Shown here: positions 8,563-16,662 of the stretch, one piece after another
Position numbering within the stretch: the first letter of the stretch is position 1
How the letters are laid out: each line of letters starts with the position of its first letter
Sequence record: SRR31156797_5111
DNA: 39,182 nt
Direction: 5' to 3' (one strand)
Position numbers and translations under genes: made by a program
Notes under the pieces: model-generated
Told to the model about the DNA's origin: nothing
Databases searched by the model: none
The model's input: only the letters and a program-made list of their open reading frames with translations

Positions 8563-9636
8563 TTATTCGTTGATTCCTAGTCCGATGCGTTCGGTGACGC
8601 TCAAGCTTCCTGGACGCTGAAGAATCCCTTGCATTTCAGGGGAAGTCGTTTGGGTCTCCCACATAAAAGGAACATCCAGATCATAAAATTGGACATCCGC
8701 CATCCCCAAGGCAAAATGGGCGGCTGCAGCCATTCCCCCATACCCTTCAATCATCGAACCGACCATCACCGGCATTTGATGCTCTTTTGCCAATTGATAA
8801 ATTTTTTGTCCCTCTTTGATCCCGCCGCTTTTCATCAATTTAATGTTCATATAATCGCAGCAGTTTTCAGCAATCAAACGTTTGGCATCCTCATAGGAAA
8901 AAAGACTTTCGTCTGCCATGATCGGAATCGTCGTCCGAGCAGTCACATAGCTGAGTCCAGCAAAATCATTGGCTTTGACGGGTTGCTCAACAAACTCGAT
9001 CGGAATGTCTTGCCATTGGTCTAAAATCTGCACCGCTTCTTCTTTGGTCCAGCCTTGATTGGCATCAATTCGAAAGGGGATCTTTCCTGCCAAGCGTTCA
9101 TTGATGCAGCGAATTTTCGCAACCTCCTCTTCGATCGCACCTACCCCTAGTTTGATTTTCAAGGAGCGAAATCCCGCCTGGACTTTCGCTTTGGCATCAT
9201 GCAGCATCTGCTCCTGTGAACCAACACTGATCGTATAGTCGGTTGTCAGTGTATTGGCAGAACCACCTAAATAGCGGTAAAGAGGCAAGTTTGCCGCTTT
9301 TGCCAGTGCATCATGCAACGCGATATCAATCGCCGCTTTAGGGCTCGTATGATGCTGGATCAACGCATGAAGCTCATCCATTACCAGCAATTGGGCATCT
9401 ACCTTTCTGCCTAACAGGAACGGGGCAAAGACAGTTTCGATATCTGTTAAAATACTTTCTTTTGTATCACCGGTGATCACTTCGGTAGGTGCTGCTTCTC
9501 CGATGCCAACGATCCCATTGTCAAAAGAAAGCAACACTCGAATCACTTCGACGGCGTGCACTTCTCTGAGCGCCGTTTTAAACGGTGCATTCAGCTGGAT
9601 CGGAATTCGTTTGGTTTCAACTGCTGTGATTATCAT
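8563..9636 (-). CDS. Dipeptide epimerase (L-Ala-D/L-Glu epimerase, YkfB-like)
   Basis: PFKTALR, KIK, DANQGW, EQP, ADES, NIKLMKSGG and DLD motifs. Confidence 0.9.
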   Translation of the reverse strand: MIITAVETKRIPIQLNAPFKTALREVHAVEVIRVLLSFDNGIVGIGEAAPTEVITGDTKESILTDIETVFAPFLLGRKVDAQLLVMDELHALIQHHTSPKAAIDIALHDALAKAANLPLYRYLGGSANTLTTDYTISVGSQEQMLHDAKAKVQAGFRSLKIKLGVGAIEEEVAKIRCINERLAGKIPFRIDANQGWTKEEAVQILDQWQDIPIEFVEQPVKANDFAGLSYVTARTTIPIMADESLFSYEDAKRLIAENCCDYMNIKLMKSGGIKEGQKIYQLAKEHQMPVMVGSMIEGYGGMAAAAHFALGMADVQFYDLDVPFMWETQTTSPEMQGILQRPGSLSVTERIGLGINE

Positions 9637-9650
9637 TCATGTTCCCCCTA

Positions 9651-9719
9651 AAAAGAAAAGCCGTTCTTATCTAGCTGGAATGAATGATTCCTCTTCACTG
9701 CTAGATAAAGAACGGCTTT
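9651..9719 (-). terminator. Terminator/attenuator hairpin directly before the epimerase RBS
   Basis: Minus strand AAAGCCGTTCTTTATCTAGC...GCTAGATAAGAACGGCTTT followed by a U-tract. Confidence 0.6.
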
Positions 9720-9823
9720 ATTCCTTGTTCTCAAGTTGCTGAACGCTCGAATCGCGTTCTTCTTTTCTGCAGTACTGTTTGACTACGTCAGTCGGTAGAT
9801 GTATGAAAAAATTGTTTTTTTAC

Positions 9824-11485
9824 TTATTCTTCGACAAATACATTTTTATAATCATAGGCAGCACCGACACTATGAACGATAAGTCCTTTGATCTTTGATG
9901 ACCGCAGATGTGCTTCTGCACTTTGGAAAAGCGGTATAACACCCAAATCTTCATTTAAGATTTTTTCTGCTTCCACCATATTTTCCCAACGGGCTTCTGG
10001 GTCGTTGGCATTTTCATTGGATGCTTGTTCGATCAATTGGTCGTAGTCATCATTTAGCCATTTCCCACGATTGTAGGAACTGTCTTTTTTGAACAATTCC
10101 AAAAAGTTGATTGGATCTGCATAGTCTCCGATCCAGTTGTTCATGACCATCTCAAAATCGCCGCTATTTGAACGATCCAAGCGCACAGAAAAAGGAACGT
10201 TTGTGACTTCGACAGTCAATCCATCCAATGTTTGCTGCAAGGTTCCTTGAATGTATTCCGCCATTTTTTTCGATTGGTCGGTATCTGAGGTCAGCAACTC
10301 GAAAGACAACGTATCGATCCCCAGCTCAGCTTTGGCCTTTTCCCAATACTCTTGGGCTTTTTCTTCGTCATAGTCTAACGTCGTTGCCGCATCCTTAACA
10401 AAGTCAGCTTTTGTCTCTGGATTGAAGGCTAGGTCAGAAGGAACAAAACCGACAGCCGGTAACGAGCCGTTGCCTAAAATATTGTCAACGATTTGTTGTC
10501 GATTCATACTATACGAAATGGCTTGCCGCAGATTCGTATTTCGAAAAGGCGAATCTTCTGGTGCTTGATTCATTTCTAAATACTGAGTGGTTGCACTAGG
10601 CTGAACAATGTAATCAGCATGGTTCACATTCTGCATCGCCAATTCACCGCTCAAGATAATGTCATCGGCTTGTCCGCTTTCGTACAAGTTATAAGCAGTC
10701 GATGAGTCTTTCACGACATCAAAATTAACTTTTTCAAGTTTAACTGAATCGGCATCCCAATAATCCGGATTTTTTTCCAATGACCACTGGATGTCGGTGC
10801 CTGGGCCTGCATAATTGGTCAATAGGAATGGTCCATTGTACGCCGCGTTTTCACTTGTTAAGGCGTATTGATCACCAAATTCCTCCACGACACGTTCATT
10901 TTGTGGGAAAAAGGTTGGAAAAGCCAGTAAAGATAAAAAGTAAGGCGTCGGTTTTTCTAACGTGATTGTCAATTCATGGTCATTGACTGCTTCGATTCCT
11001 AACTCGCTTTTATCCAGCGTGCCATCTGAAATAGCCGACGCATTTTTAATGGGTGCCAGCATATAGGCATAATTAGAAGCTGTAGCTGGATCAACCGTTC
11101 GCTGCCAACTGAAAACATAATCAGCCGCTGTAACTGGATCACCATTCGACCATTTTGCCTCTTCTCGCAGTGAAATGGTGTAGGTCAGCCCATCTTCACT
11201 AACTTCAGCGTCTTCACTTGCCCCAGCAATCATGGGAACATTTTTCTCATCCAAGCGATAAAGGCCTTCATAGGCATTGTTCAGAGTAATAAAGCTATAA
11301 GAGTCGGTTGCTAAAGAAATATCGGCACTGCCCATCTCCGCCGAAAATTGCACATTGATCACTTGCTCTGCGGAAGAAGCTGCTGATGAATCCGTCTCGT
11401 TTTCTTGATTGCCATTTTGACAAGCTGCTAAAAAAAAGCTGCTTAGTAACACAAGCGATACTGCATATTTGCTGCGTTTCCCCAT
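9824..11485 (-). CDS. oppA: Peptide ABC transporter substrate-binding lipoprotein (OppA/MppA family)
   Basis: Lipobox LAAC; KWSNGDPVTAADYVFSW SBP5 motif; WIGDYADP. Confidence 0.9.
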   Translation of the reverse strand: MGKRSKYAVSLVLLSSFFLAACQNGNQENETDSSAASSAEQVINVQFSAEMGSADISLATDSYSFITLNNAYEGLYRLDEKNVPMIAGASEDAEVSEDGLTYTISLREEAKWSNGDPVTAADYVFSWQRTVDPATASNYAYMLAPIKNASAISDGTLDKSELGIEAVNDHELTITLEKPTPYFLSLLAFPTFFPQNERVVEEFGDQYALTSENAAYNGPFLLTNYAGPGTDIQWSLEKNPDYWDADSVKLEKVNFDVVKDSSTAYNLYESGQADDIILSGELAMQNVNHADYIVQPSATTQYLEMNQAPEDSPFRNTNLRQAISYSMNRQQIVDNILGNGSLPAVGFVPSDLAFNPETKADFVKDAATTLDYDEEKAQEYWEKAKAELGIDTLSFELLTSDTDQSKKMAEYIQGTLQQTLDGLTVEVTNVPFSVRLDRSNSGDFEMVMNNWIGDYADPINFLELFKKDSSYNRGKWLNDDYDQLIEQASNENANDPEARWENMVEAEKILNEDLGVIPLFQSAEAHLRSSKIKGLIVHSVGAAYDYKNVFVEE

Positions 11486-11542
11486 TTCTACTCATCCCCT
11501 TCTAACATTCAGATAATTCAAAAAATTCTGTTTGTTGTACCG

Positions 11543-11604
11543 AGTTTACCGCATGTTTATGCAGCCTGTCAATTTAACACGACCAAAAAATGTAAGAGGT
11601 TACA
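11543..11604 (-). promoter_or_regulatory. oppA promoter with an upstream cre-like site
   Basis: TTGACA (11572-11567), 18 bp, TAAACT (11548-11543); TGTAAGAGGTTACA at 11591-11604. Confidence 0.55.
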
Positions 11605-11699
11605 TAGTTGTGTCAGAAGTTCTCTTCTGAATGTTAAAATTAGAAAAGAGCGACTTTATGCTAAATATCGTTGAAAGGAGTAGTTCCAAGAAACCACAC

Positions 11700-11733
11700 A
11701 AAAAAGTTCTGATCTCCTAGCGATCAGAACTTT
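11700..11733 (-). terminator. Intrinsic terminator
   Basis: AAAGTTCTGATC-N8-GATCAGAACTTT with a U-tract on the minus strand. Confidence 0.7.
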
Positions 11734-11804
11734 GGCTGCTCTCTTATACATCATTTCGAAGAAAAATGGATAAAAAAACTCCCACTATTTTCCTAACATT
11801 TCGC

Positions 11805-12033
11805 AAAAAAAAGAAGACACAAATTTTGTCTTCATAGTGCTTTCTCAGAACCTTCCCACTTTTTCGGCTTTCACCTCAAGGAACAAAAGAAATCTCCTCA
11901 GAAAGTAAAATAAACGTATCTATTTTAAAATGAGAGTGGTACACTAAACAAACGAAGAGTACTGCACGTGAGAAAAGAAAGACTTCCCCAAGTATCCATT
12001 TTCTCCAATACTCTTCGGACTCTTCAGTACGTA
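11805..12033 (-). ncRNA. Candidate sRNA copy 2 (about 230 nt)
   Basis: TTGAAC-16-TATAAT minus-strand promoter; 62-nt core homologous to 1626-1687; terminator GAAGACA-N-TGTCTTC plus U-tract at 11805-11833. Confidence 0.6.
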
Positions 12034-12066
12034 TATTAATTATACGTACTTTTTTCATTTGTTCAA
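12026..12066 (-). promoter_or_regulatory. Promoter of candidate sRNA copy 2 with an overlapping perfect palindrome
   Basis: -35 at 12066-12061, -10 at 12044-12039; AGTACGTATA-ttaat-TATACGTACT (12026-12050). Confidence 0.6.
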
Positions 12067-12125
12067 GGCTTTTGAGGAATTTGATCAAAAAATGACTATC
12101 GATAAAAAGCTTACAAGATTCCATA

Positions 12126-12160
12126 GCTAATTGACAATCATTCTCAATTAGCGCTATACT
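12126..12160 (+). promoter_or_regulatory. Fur box overlapping a sigma-A promoter
   Basis: TGACAATCATTCTCA (7-1-7 Fur-like) inside a longer palindrome; TTGACA-18-TATACT. Confidence 0.75.
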
Positions 12161-12194
12161 AAACCAAATCGTCCCGAGTCAAAGGAGGAATTTC

Positions 12195-12533
12195 ATGTAT
12201 ATCCGTACCGTTGCTTTTGAAGTCATTCCAGAAGGAAAAGAACTCTTTCTTGCTAAAATGAAAAAAGATACCGCCTCAATGAAAACATTTGCTGGCTGTC
12301 ACTCTGCTGAAGCTTGGTTTTCAGAATCAAAAGACAGCCTCGTTTTCCAGTTGGTGTCAAAATGGACCGAGAAAAAAGCCTTTCAAGCTTGGTTAAAACG
12401 TCCCGAACATTTGCAAAAGCACCGAGAGGCGTATCGAGCAGAAAAAGAAGGAACTGCAAAACCGAACCTTGTTTTGTCCAAGACCGGTCAAGAATTTGTC
12501 TTGATCAATGAAGAACCTACTACTCCTATTTAA
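12195..12533 (+). CDS. ABM-domain monooxygenase, HmoA-like heme-degrading enzyme
   Basis: W..K.AFQAW...EH...H...KP pattern resembling B. subtilis HmoA; upstream Fur box. Confidence 0.75.
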   Translation: MYIRTVAFEVIPEGKELFLAKMKKDTASMKTFAGCHSAEAWFSESKDSLVFQLVSKWTEKKAFQAWLKRPEHLQKHREAYRAEKEGTAKPNLVLSKTGQEFVLINEEPTTPI

Positions 12534-12614
12534 TGAAAAGAACACCTCTCAAACGCTCAAAGATTGATCGAGCATTTTGAGAGGCGCTTTTTTCTTCTGT
12601 GCTTCTTGGTAATT

Positions 12615-13388
12615 CTACTCCACCGTTCGCTCGTTCAAGGTTCTTCCTTGCTGATCTTTTAATTGCAGCCAACCATTGGTGCCCCCATAGTAAAGAAACA
12701 TTCCTACCTCGTTGACACTTTTTAATACAACGTCTTCAATCGTGTGTCCCTCTTTGATCGCCGCTTGGTTTTCTTGCCGAATTTTTTCCGCTAAACGAGC
12801 AGAAAAACCAACCGATCCGTCTTTATTCAAGGGAATCTCTTGACTCAAAATTGCGCCTTTTTCAATTCGAACCTCGTTGCGTTTTTGCCAATAGACCCTT
12901 GCTTTACTCCCTTGATAGTCAACCATGAAGGGTTCATCTTGTAATTCTTTTGACCATTTGTGTCTTGGTTTGCCCCCTTTTTTTGCCTCTTTTGTCGTCT
13001 TTTTGCTCGTAGATCCATAGCCAAGAAAATCGATAAAACGATCAAATGGTTTTGCGCTAGCAGCAATGGTTTGCTGCAACTCTTGTGGGATGCCGATGGA
13101 TGCTTTGGACCCACTAGTTAACTGATATTGTTCTTGATAATAGGCTGCTAAATAAGGAGCCATGATCTCCCAAGATGGTGTGAGGATCATCAAGCGGTCG
13201 TATTCTAGCTTGTCGTCAAAGGCTTTATCGTCTGCTACTGAGAAAATTTGGCCGTCTTTGATAAAAAATAGCACAGTATTTTCTTTGACTTGTGCTAGAC
13301 TTCCCTTAACAATTTGCAGTTGGCCTGCTTCATTCGGCCATTCAAAAAGCAACTGCTGCTCCTCAACGATCGTCTTTTTTAGTTCCAT
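12615..13388 (-). CDS. Hypothetical protein with a DUF4357-like C-terminus
   Basis: 257-aa ORF ending GGTNGWLQLKDQQGRTLNE, resembling DUF4357. Confidence 0.7.
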   Translation of the reverse strand: MELKKTIVEEQQLLFEWPNEAGQLQIVKGSLAQVKENTVLFFIKDGQIFSVADDKAFDDKLEYDRLMILTPSWEIMAPYLAAYYQEQYQLTSGSKASIGIPQELQQTIAASAKPFDRFIDFLGYGSTSKKTTKEAKKGGKPRHKWSKELQDEPFMVDYQGSKARVYWQKRNEVRIEKGAILSQEIPLNKDGSVGFSARLAEKIRQENQAAIKEGHTIEDVVLKSVNEVGMFLYYGGTNGWLQLKDQQGRTLNERTVE

Positions 13389-13556
13389 CCTAATCCCTGC
13401 TTTCTGTTGTTTTCTCGCCTATTATAGCACTTCTTTTGCTAGATACCTGAGTTTAAGAATCAAAAAAGAGACTGCTTCTGAGAAACAGTCTCTTTTTAAG
13501 GGAATTAGTTTACATGCATGGTTTCATTTTATTTTGATTGGTTGATTACCAATGGA

Positions 13557-13784
13557 TCAGCTAAAAAAGCACTCAACTAGCGCTGGTTGATAGATCTCAT
13601 TGTATTTTGCAACTACTCGTCCGCAACGTTCTTCGATGTCTTCATGATCGATCCCATCGTACCGGATCACATTTAATACGACACATCGTTCCATTTTTCT
13701 GACCACTTCACCAATCACGCGGCTTTGTAAGCCGACTGGTTTACATTCATATGCTTTACCTAATACAATTGTTTCTGCTTCCAT
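13557..13784 (-). CDS. Small hypothetical protein (75 aa)
   Basis: Strong SD AAGGAGAG; standalone ORF followed by a terminator hairpin at about 13462-13497. Confidence 0.75.
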   Translation of the reverse strand: MEAETIVLGKAYECKPVGLQSRVIGEVVRKMERCVVLNVIRYDGIDHEDIEERCGRVVAKYNEIYQPALVECFFS

Positions 13785-13957
13785 AATTCTCTCCTTAAAA
13801 ACTCATTTTTCTAATTGTATTATCATCTAATTTTAATTAAATAAAGTAATATGCCCGACATTTTTAAATAATAACTAAAAAAAGCGTTCATTATTCAATG
13901 AACGCCCCACTTAAAAACATTATGTTGTTTTATAGTTAAAATTAAAAAACAAGTACT

Positions 13958-14419
13958 TTATTGACGACTTGCTACCAATAAAGCAGCAAATTCTTCCAGA
14001 TATTTCTGATCGATCGCATCATAGCTGTTCGCTTTTCCACTATCGATATCCAGCACTCCAAGCAACTGATCATCAACCACCATGGGAACTACGATTTCAG
14101 ACATCGCTGCTGAGTCACAAGAAATATAATTTTCATGTTCTTTGACATTGGGTACGATCAATGTGGTTTTTTTCTCTGCTGATTCCCCACAAACCCCTTT
14201 GCCTAATGTGATTCTGGTGCAAGAGACTCTTCCTTGGAATGGACCTAAAATCAGCTCGCCTTCTTCAAACAAATAATAGCCGGCAAACACTGTATCTTCC
14301 AATGTTTCATTCAGTAAAGCAGAAGAGTTGGCTAGGTTGGCGATCCAATTACTCTCCGCTTCTAGCAACCCTTTTAATTGCAGAAGCATCAATTCATACG
14401 CTTCGATTTTTTTATTCAT
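13958..14419 (-). CDS. msrC: GAF-domain protein, free methionine-(R)-sulfoxide reductase (MsrC/YtsP-like)
   Basis: ANLANSSALL, LGPFQGRVSC, GKGVCG, ISCD, SEIVVP, VLDIDS; SD GAGGTG before the ATG at 14419. Confidence 0.85.
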   Translation of the reverse strand: MNKKIEAYELMLLQLKGLLEAESNWIANLANSSALLNETLEDTVFAGYYLFEEGELILGPFQGRVSCTRITLGKGVCGESAEKKTTLIVPNVKEHENYISCDSAAMSEIVVPMVVDDQLLGVLDIDSGKANSYDAIDQKYLEEFAALLVASRQ

Positions 14420-14585
14420 TTTATCACCTCTGTCCTTGATTATAAGCAAAGACAGAGGATTTGTCTTGTCTAAATTATTGGGTATTGGAAACAAAAATTG
14501 TGAAAAAAGAAGTTGCCTGAAACAGTCTACTTGCCAACCTATGCAGCTATCGATTCTGATCGATTGGGTCAATCATTTGTTGAAC

Positions 14586-15227
14586 CTACTCTGCATCAAT
14601 CACAGTAAAACGAGTATTTTCATGTTGCACTGTTTCAATTTCATCAAGAATTGCTTTGGCTAACGTACCGCTGGAAGTTACTGATTTCTTTTGGTCGTTG
14701 AAAAGCAAGTGATCTTTGCCTAAAATCGCTGGTTTAGCTGGTCCCTCTTGAAATAGATTTCCTGGAGAAATCCCGACCCAATGAACATTTTTGACGGTTT
14801 CTAAAAAGAGATATTCATCTAACTGATTTTCTGGGATCGCGATCCAGCTTTCACTTCCTGGGGCTTTTTTCAATTCGGTAAGATTGCGTTCACCCGCTTC
14901 ATTGAACAAGCTGCCAGCTCCTAAAATGAAGAACAAGCGCGTGTTCTTTTCTCGAAACAAATGAACCAATTTTGCTGCCAGATCCACATGCAAGTACGCT
15001 TGGTCAGGACTTGTCGCAAACGCATCGACCAACACATCAAATCCGTCGAGGTCTTCTTCTGTTAACGAAAAAGCATCTTTTGTAAGTGTTTTGACTGTAT
15101 CACCAAATTGTTCTTTGGCTTTAACTTCATTTCTAACAATAGCAGTCACTTCATGTCCTCGCTGTACTGCTTCTTGATAAATAGCTGAACCTGCATTTCC
15201 TGTTGCGCCAATAACACCGATTTTCAT
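14586..15227 (-). CDS. NAD(P)-dependent oxidoreductase / flavin reductase (YwnB-like)
   Basis: KIGVIGATGNAG Rossmann motif, GHEVTAIVRN, GAGSL; the start may be 15236. Confidence 0.88.
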   Translation of the reverse strand: MKIGVIGATGNAGSAIYQEAVQRGHEVTAIVRNEVKAKEQFGDTVKTLTKDAFSLTEEDLDGFDVLVDAFATSPDQAYLHVDLAAKLVHLFREKNTRLFFILGAGSLFNEAGERNLTELKKAPGSESWIAIPENQLDEYLFLETVKNVHWVGISPGNLFQEGPAKPAILGKDHLLFNDQKKSVTSSGTLAKAILDEIETVQHENTRFTVIDAE

Positions 15228-15264
15228 GATAATCATCCTTCCTCATCTTTTGTTTGACTAAAAC

Positions 15265-15320
15265 AGTTGTTACTAATCAAGTTACAACTAGAGTATAAAA
15301 GAAACTTTCTTTCCTGTCAA
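15265..15320 (-). promoter_or_regulatory. Promoter plus Rrf2 operator palindrome
   Basis: TTGACA-17-TATACT on the minus strand; AGTTGTTAC-N7-GTTACAACT over the start region. Confidence 0.7.
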
Positions 15321-15366
15321 GAAATTGCTTAGCAGGTGAAAGTTCTTTTTACTGTGTTGTGTCCGT

Positions 15367-15798
15367 TCAATCTACTTGATCGGCCTCCCCTTGAATGCCT
15401 TCAATGATTGATTGCAGCGAGATGGCGCTCATCTCTTGCTCGATTTTCTTTTGCAGCACATCATAGGTTTCTTCTAATACCCCTTGGATATTCCCCCCAA
15501 TCAAGCAGTTGGGATTGGTTTTTTTGTCTGCATGTAAAAGATGGTGGTCTTTTTCAACACTCGCATAAATGTCCAACAAAGAAATCTCGTTTGGTTCCTT
15601 CGTTAGTTTAGGGTTTGGTTTTCCTCTTTGGCTTTCGATCAACCCAGCAACCCGTAGATCACTCATAATCCGACGAACATAAGCCGGATTCGTTTCAACA
15701 CTCTGGGCGATCCGATCACTTGATAAATCAGTTCCTTTAAAGAGGTGGATATAAGCGAGGATGTGAATGGCGTCGCTGTATTTGGTTGAGTATTTCAC
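15367..15798 (-). CDS. Rrf2-family regulator (YwnA/SifR-like, single Cys)
   Basis: KYSDAIHIL, IAQSVETNPAYVRR, ISLLDIY, NPNCLIGGNI; GTG start with SD. Confidence 0.88.
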   Translation of the reverse strand: MKYSTKYSDAIHILAYIHLFKGTDLSSDRIAQSVETNPAYVRRIMSDLRVAGLIESQRGKPNPKLTKEPNEISLLDIYASVEKDHHLLHADKKTNPNCLIGGNIQGVLEETYDVLQKKIEQEMSAISLQSIIEGIQGEADQVD

Positions 15799-15990
15799 TT
15801 CGTCTCCACTCCTTTTTCTTGTATCATACCTCTTTTTTAGCATTTAGACAAAGGGGACTGACCAATCTTACAAAACTCGAGGATCCCGTCAAGAAAAAGC
15901 AGCCCTCAAAAAGTTAGTACAAAAGCCTAACTTCTTGAGGGAACTGCATCCTGAACCACTTTTTTACTTTTTATTTAAACAATCACTTTG

Positions 15991-16395
15991 CTAATAGCCA
16001 TTCATCCATGCTGATTCAAGCTGATTGCCGTCGGGATCAACGATTTCATAGCCGACCATCATATCCTCTGGAATCCCCATATCAACTTGGAACGATTGGC
16101 CACCATTTGCTTCTGCAATCTTTGCAAAATTCTTCGCTTCTTCTGGCGTATCAAAGCTAAACGCGATCAATGCACTACTCGTGTTCTTCGTATCCCCAAT
16201 ACGTCTGCCATTCAGAAACTGTTGATAAAACTCATGTTCTAACAACATCACCCAAATCGATTCACTCCAAACCATTCCGCTGCTAGTCTCGTTTGAGAAC
16301 TCTTCATTTTTGACAAATCCCAACGCTTCATAAAAGGAGGTTGCACGTTTGATATCAGTGACAGGCAAATTTATAAACACCATTTTATTCGCCAT
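15991..16395 (-). CDS. VOC/glyoxalase-family protein
   Basis: FINLPVTDIKRATSFYEALGF and DPDGN motifs. Confidence 0.88.
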   Translation of the reverse strand: MANKMVFINLPVTDIKRATSFYEALGFVKNEEFSNETSSGMVWSESIWVMLLEHEFYQQFLNGRRIGDTKNTSSALIAFSFDTPEEAKNFAKIAEANGGQSFQVDMGIPEDMMVGYEIVDPDGNQLESAWMNGY

Positions 16396-16662
16396 TTTCT
16401 TGCCTCTTTTCTTTGATAAGTTGTATTGATGAATCCGCTCTCATTATAGCATCTATCGTTGGATTCACAAAAACATCAGACCTTATCCTACGCCGTTGGT
16501 TTCTATCAGCTCATTCAAAACTCGTTTTTCCAAGCAAAAAAACCTTTTCATGAAAGGCCTTTTGCTTTTATCATCTATGGAAAAGTAACCAGATACGCAT
16601 CACATAGAAGTCATTTTTTCGCTAATCAATTCAACTGCAAGCTGATCTGTTTTTTTCAATAC

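Noticed and set aside
11420-11485. Sex-pheromone precursor in lipoprotein signal peptides (also at 22021 and 34107)
   Set aside because: Pre-Cys octapeptides do not match the known enterococcal pheromones I recall
11876-12124. 82-aa ORF over candidate sRNA copy 2
   Set aside because: No SD, spans the predicted promoter, and has no full-length counterpart at copy 1
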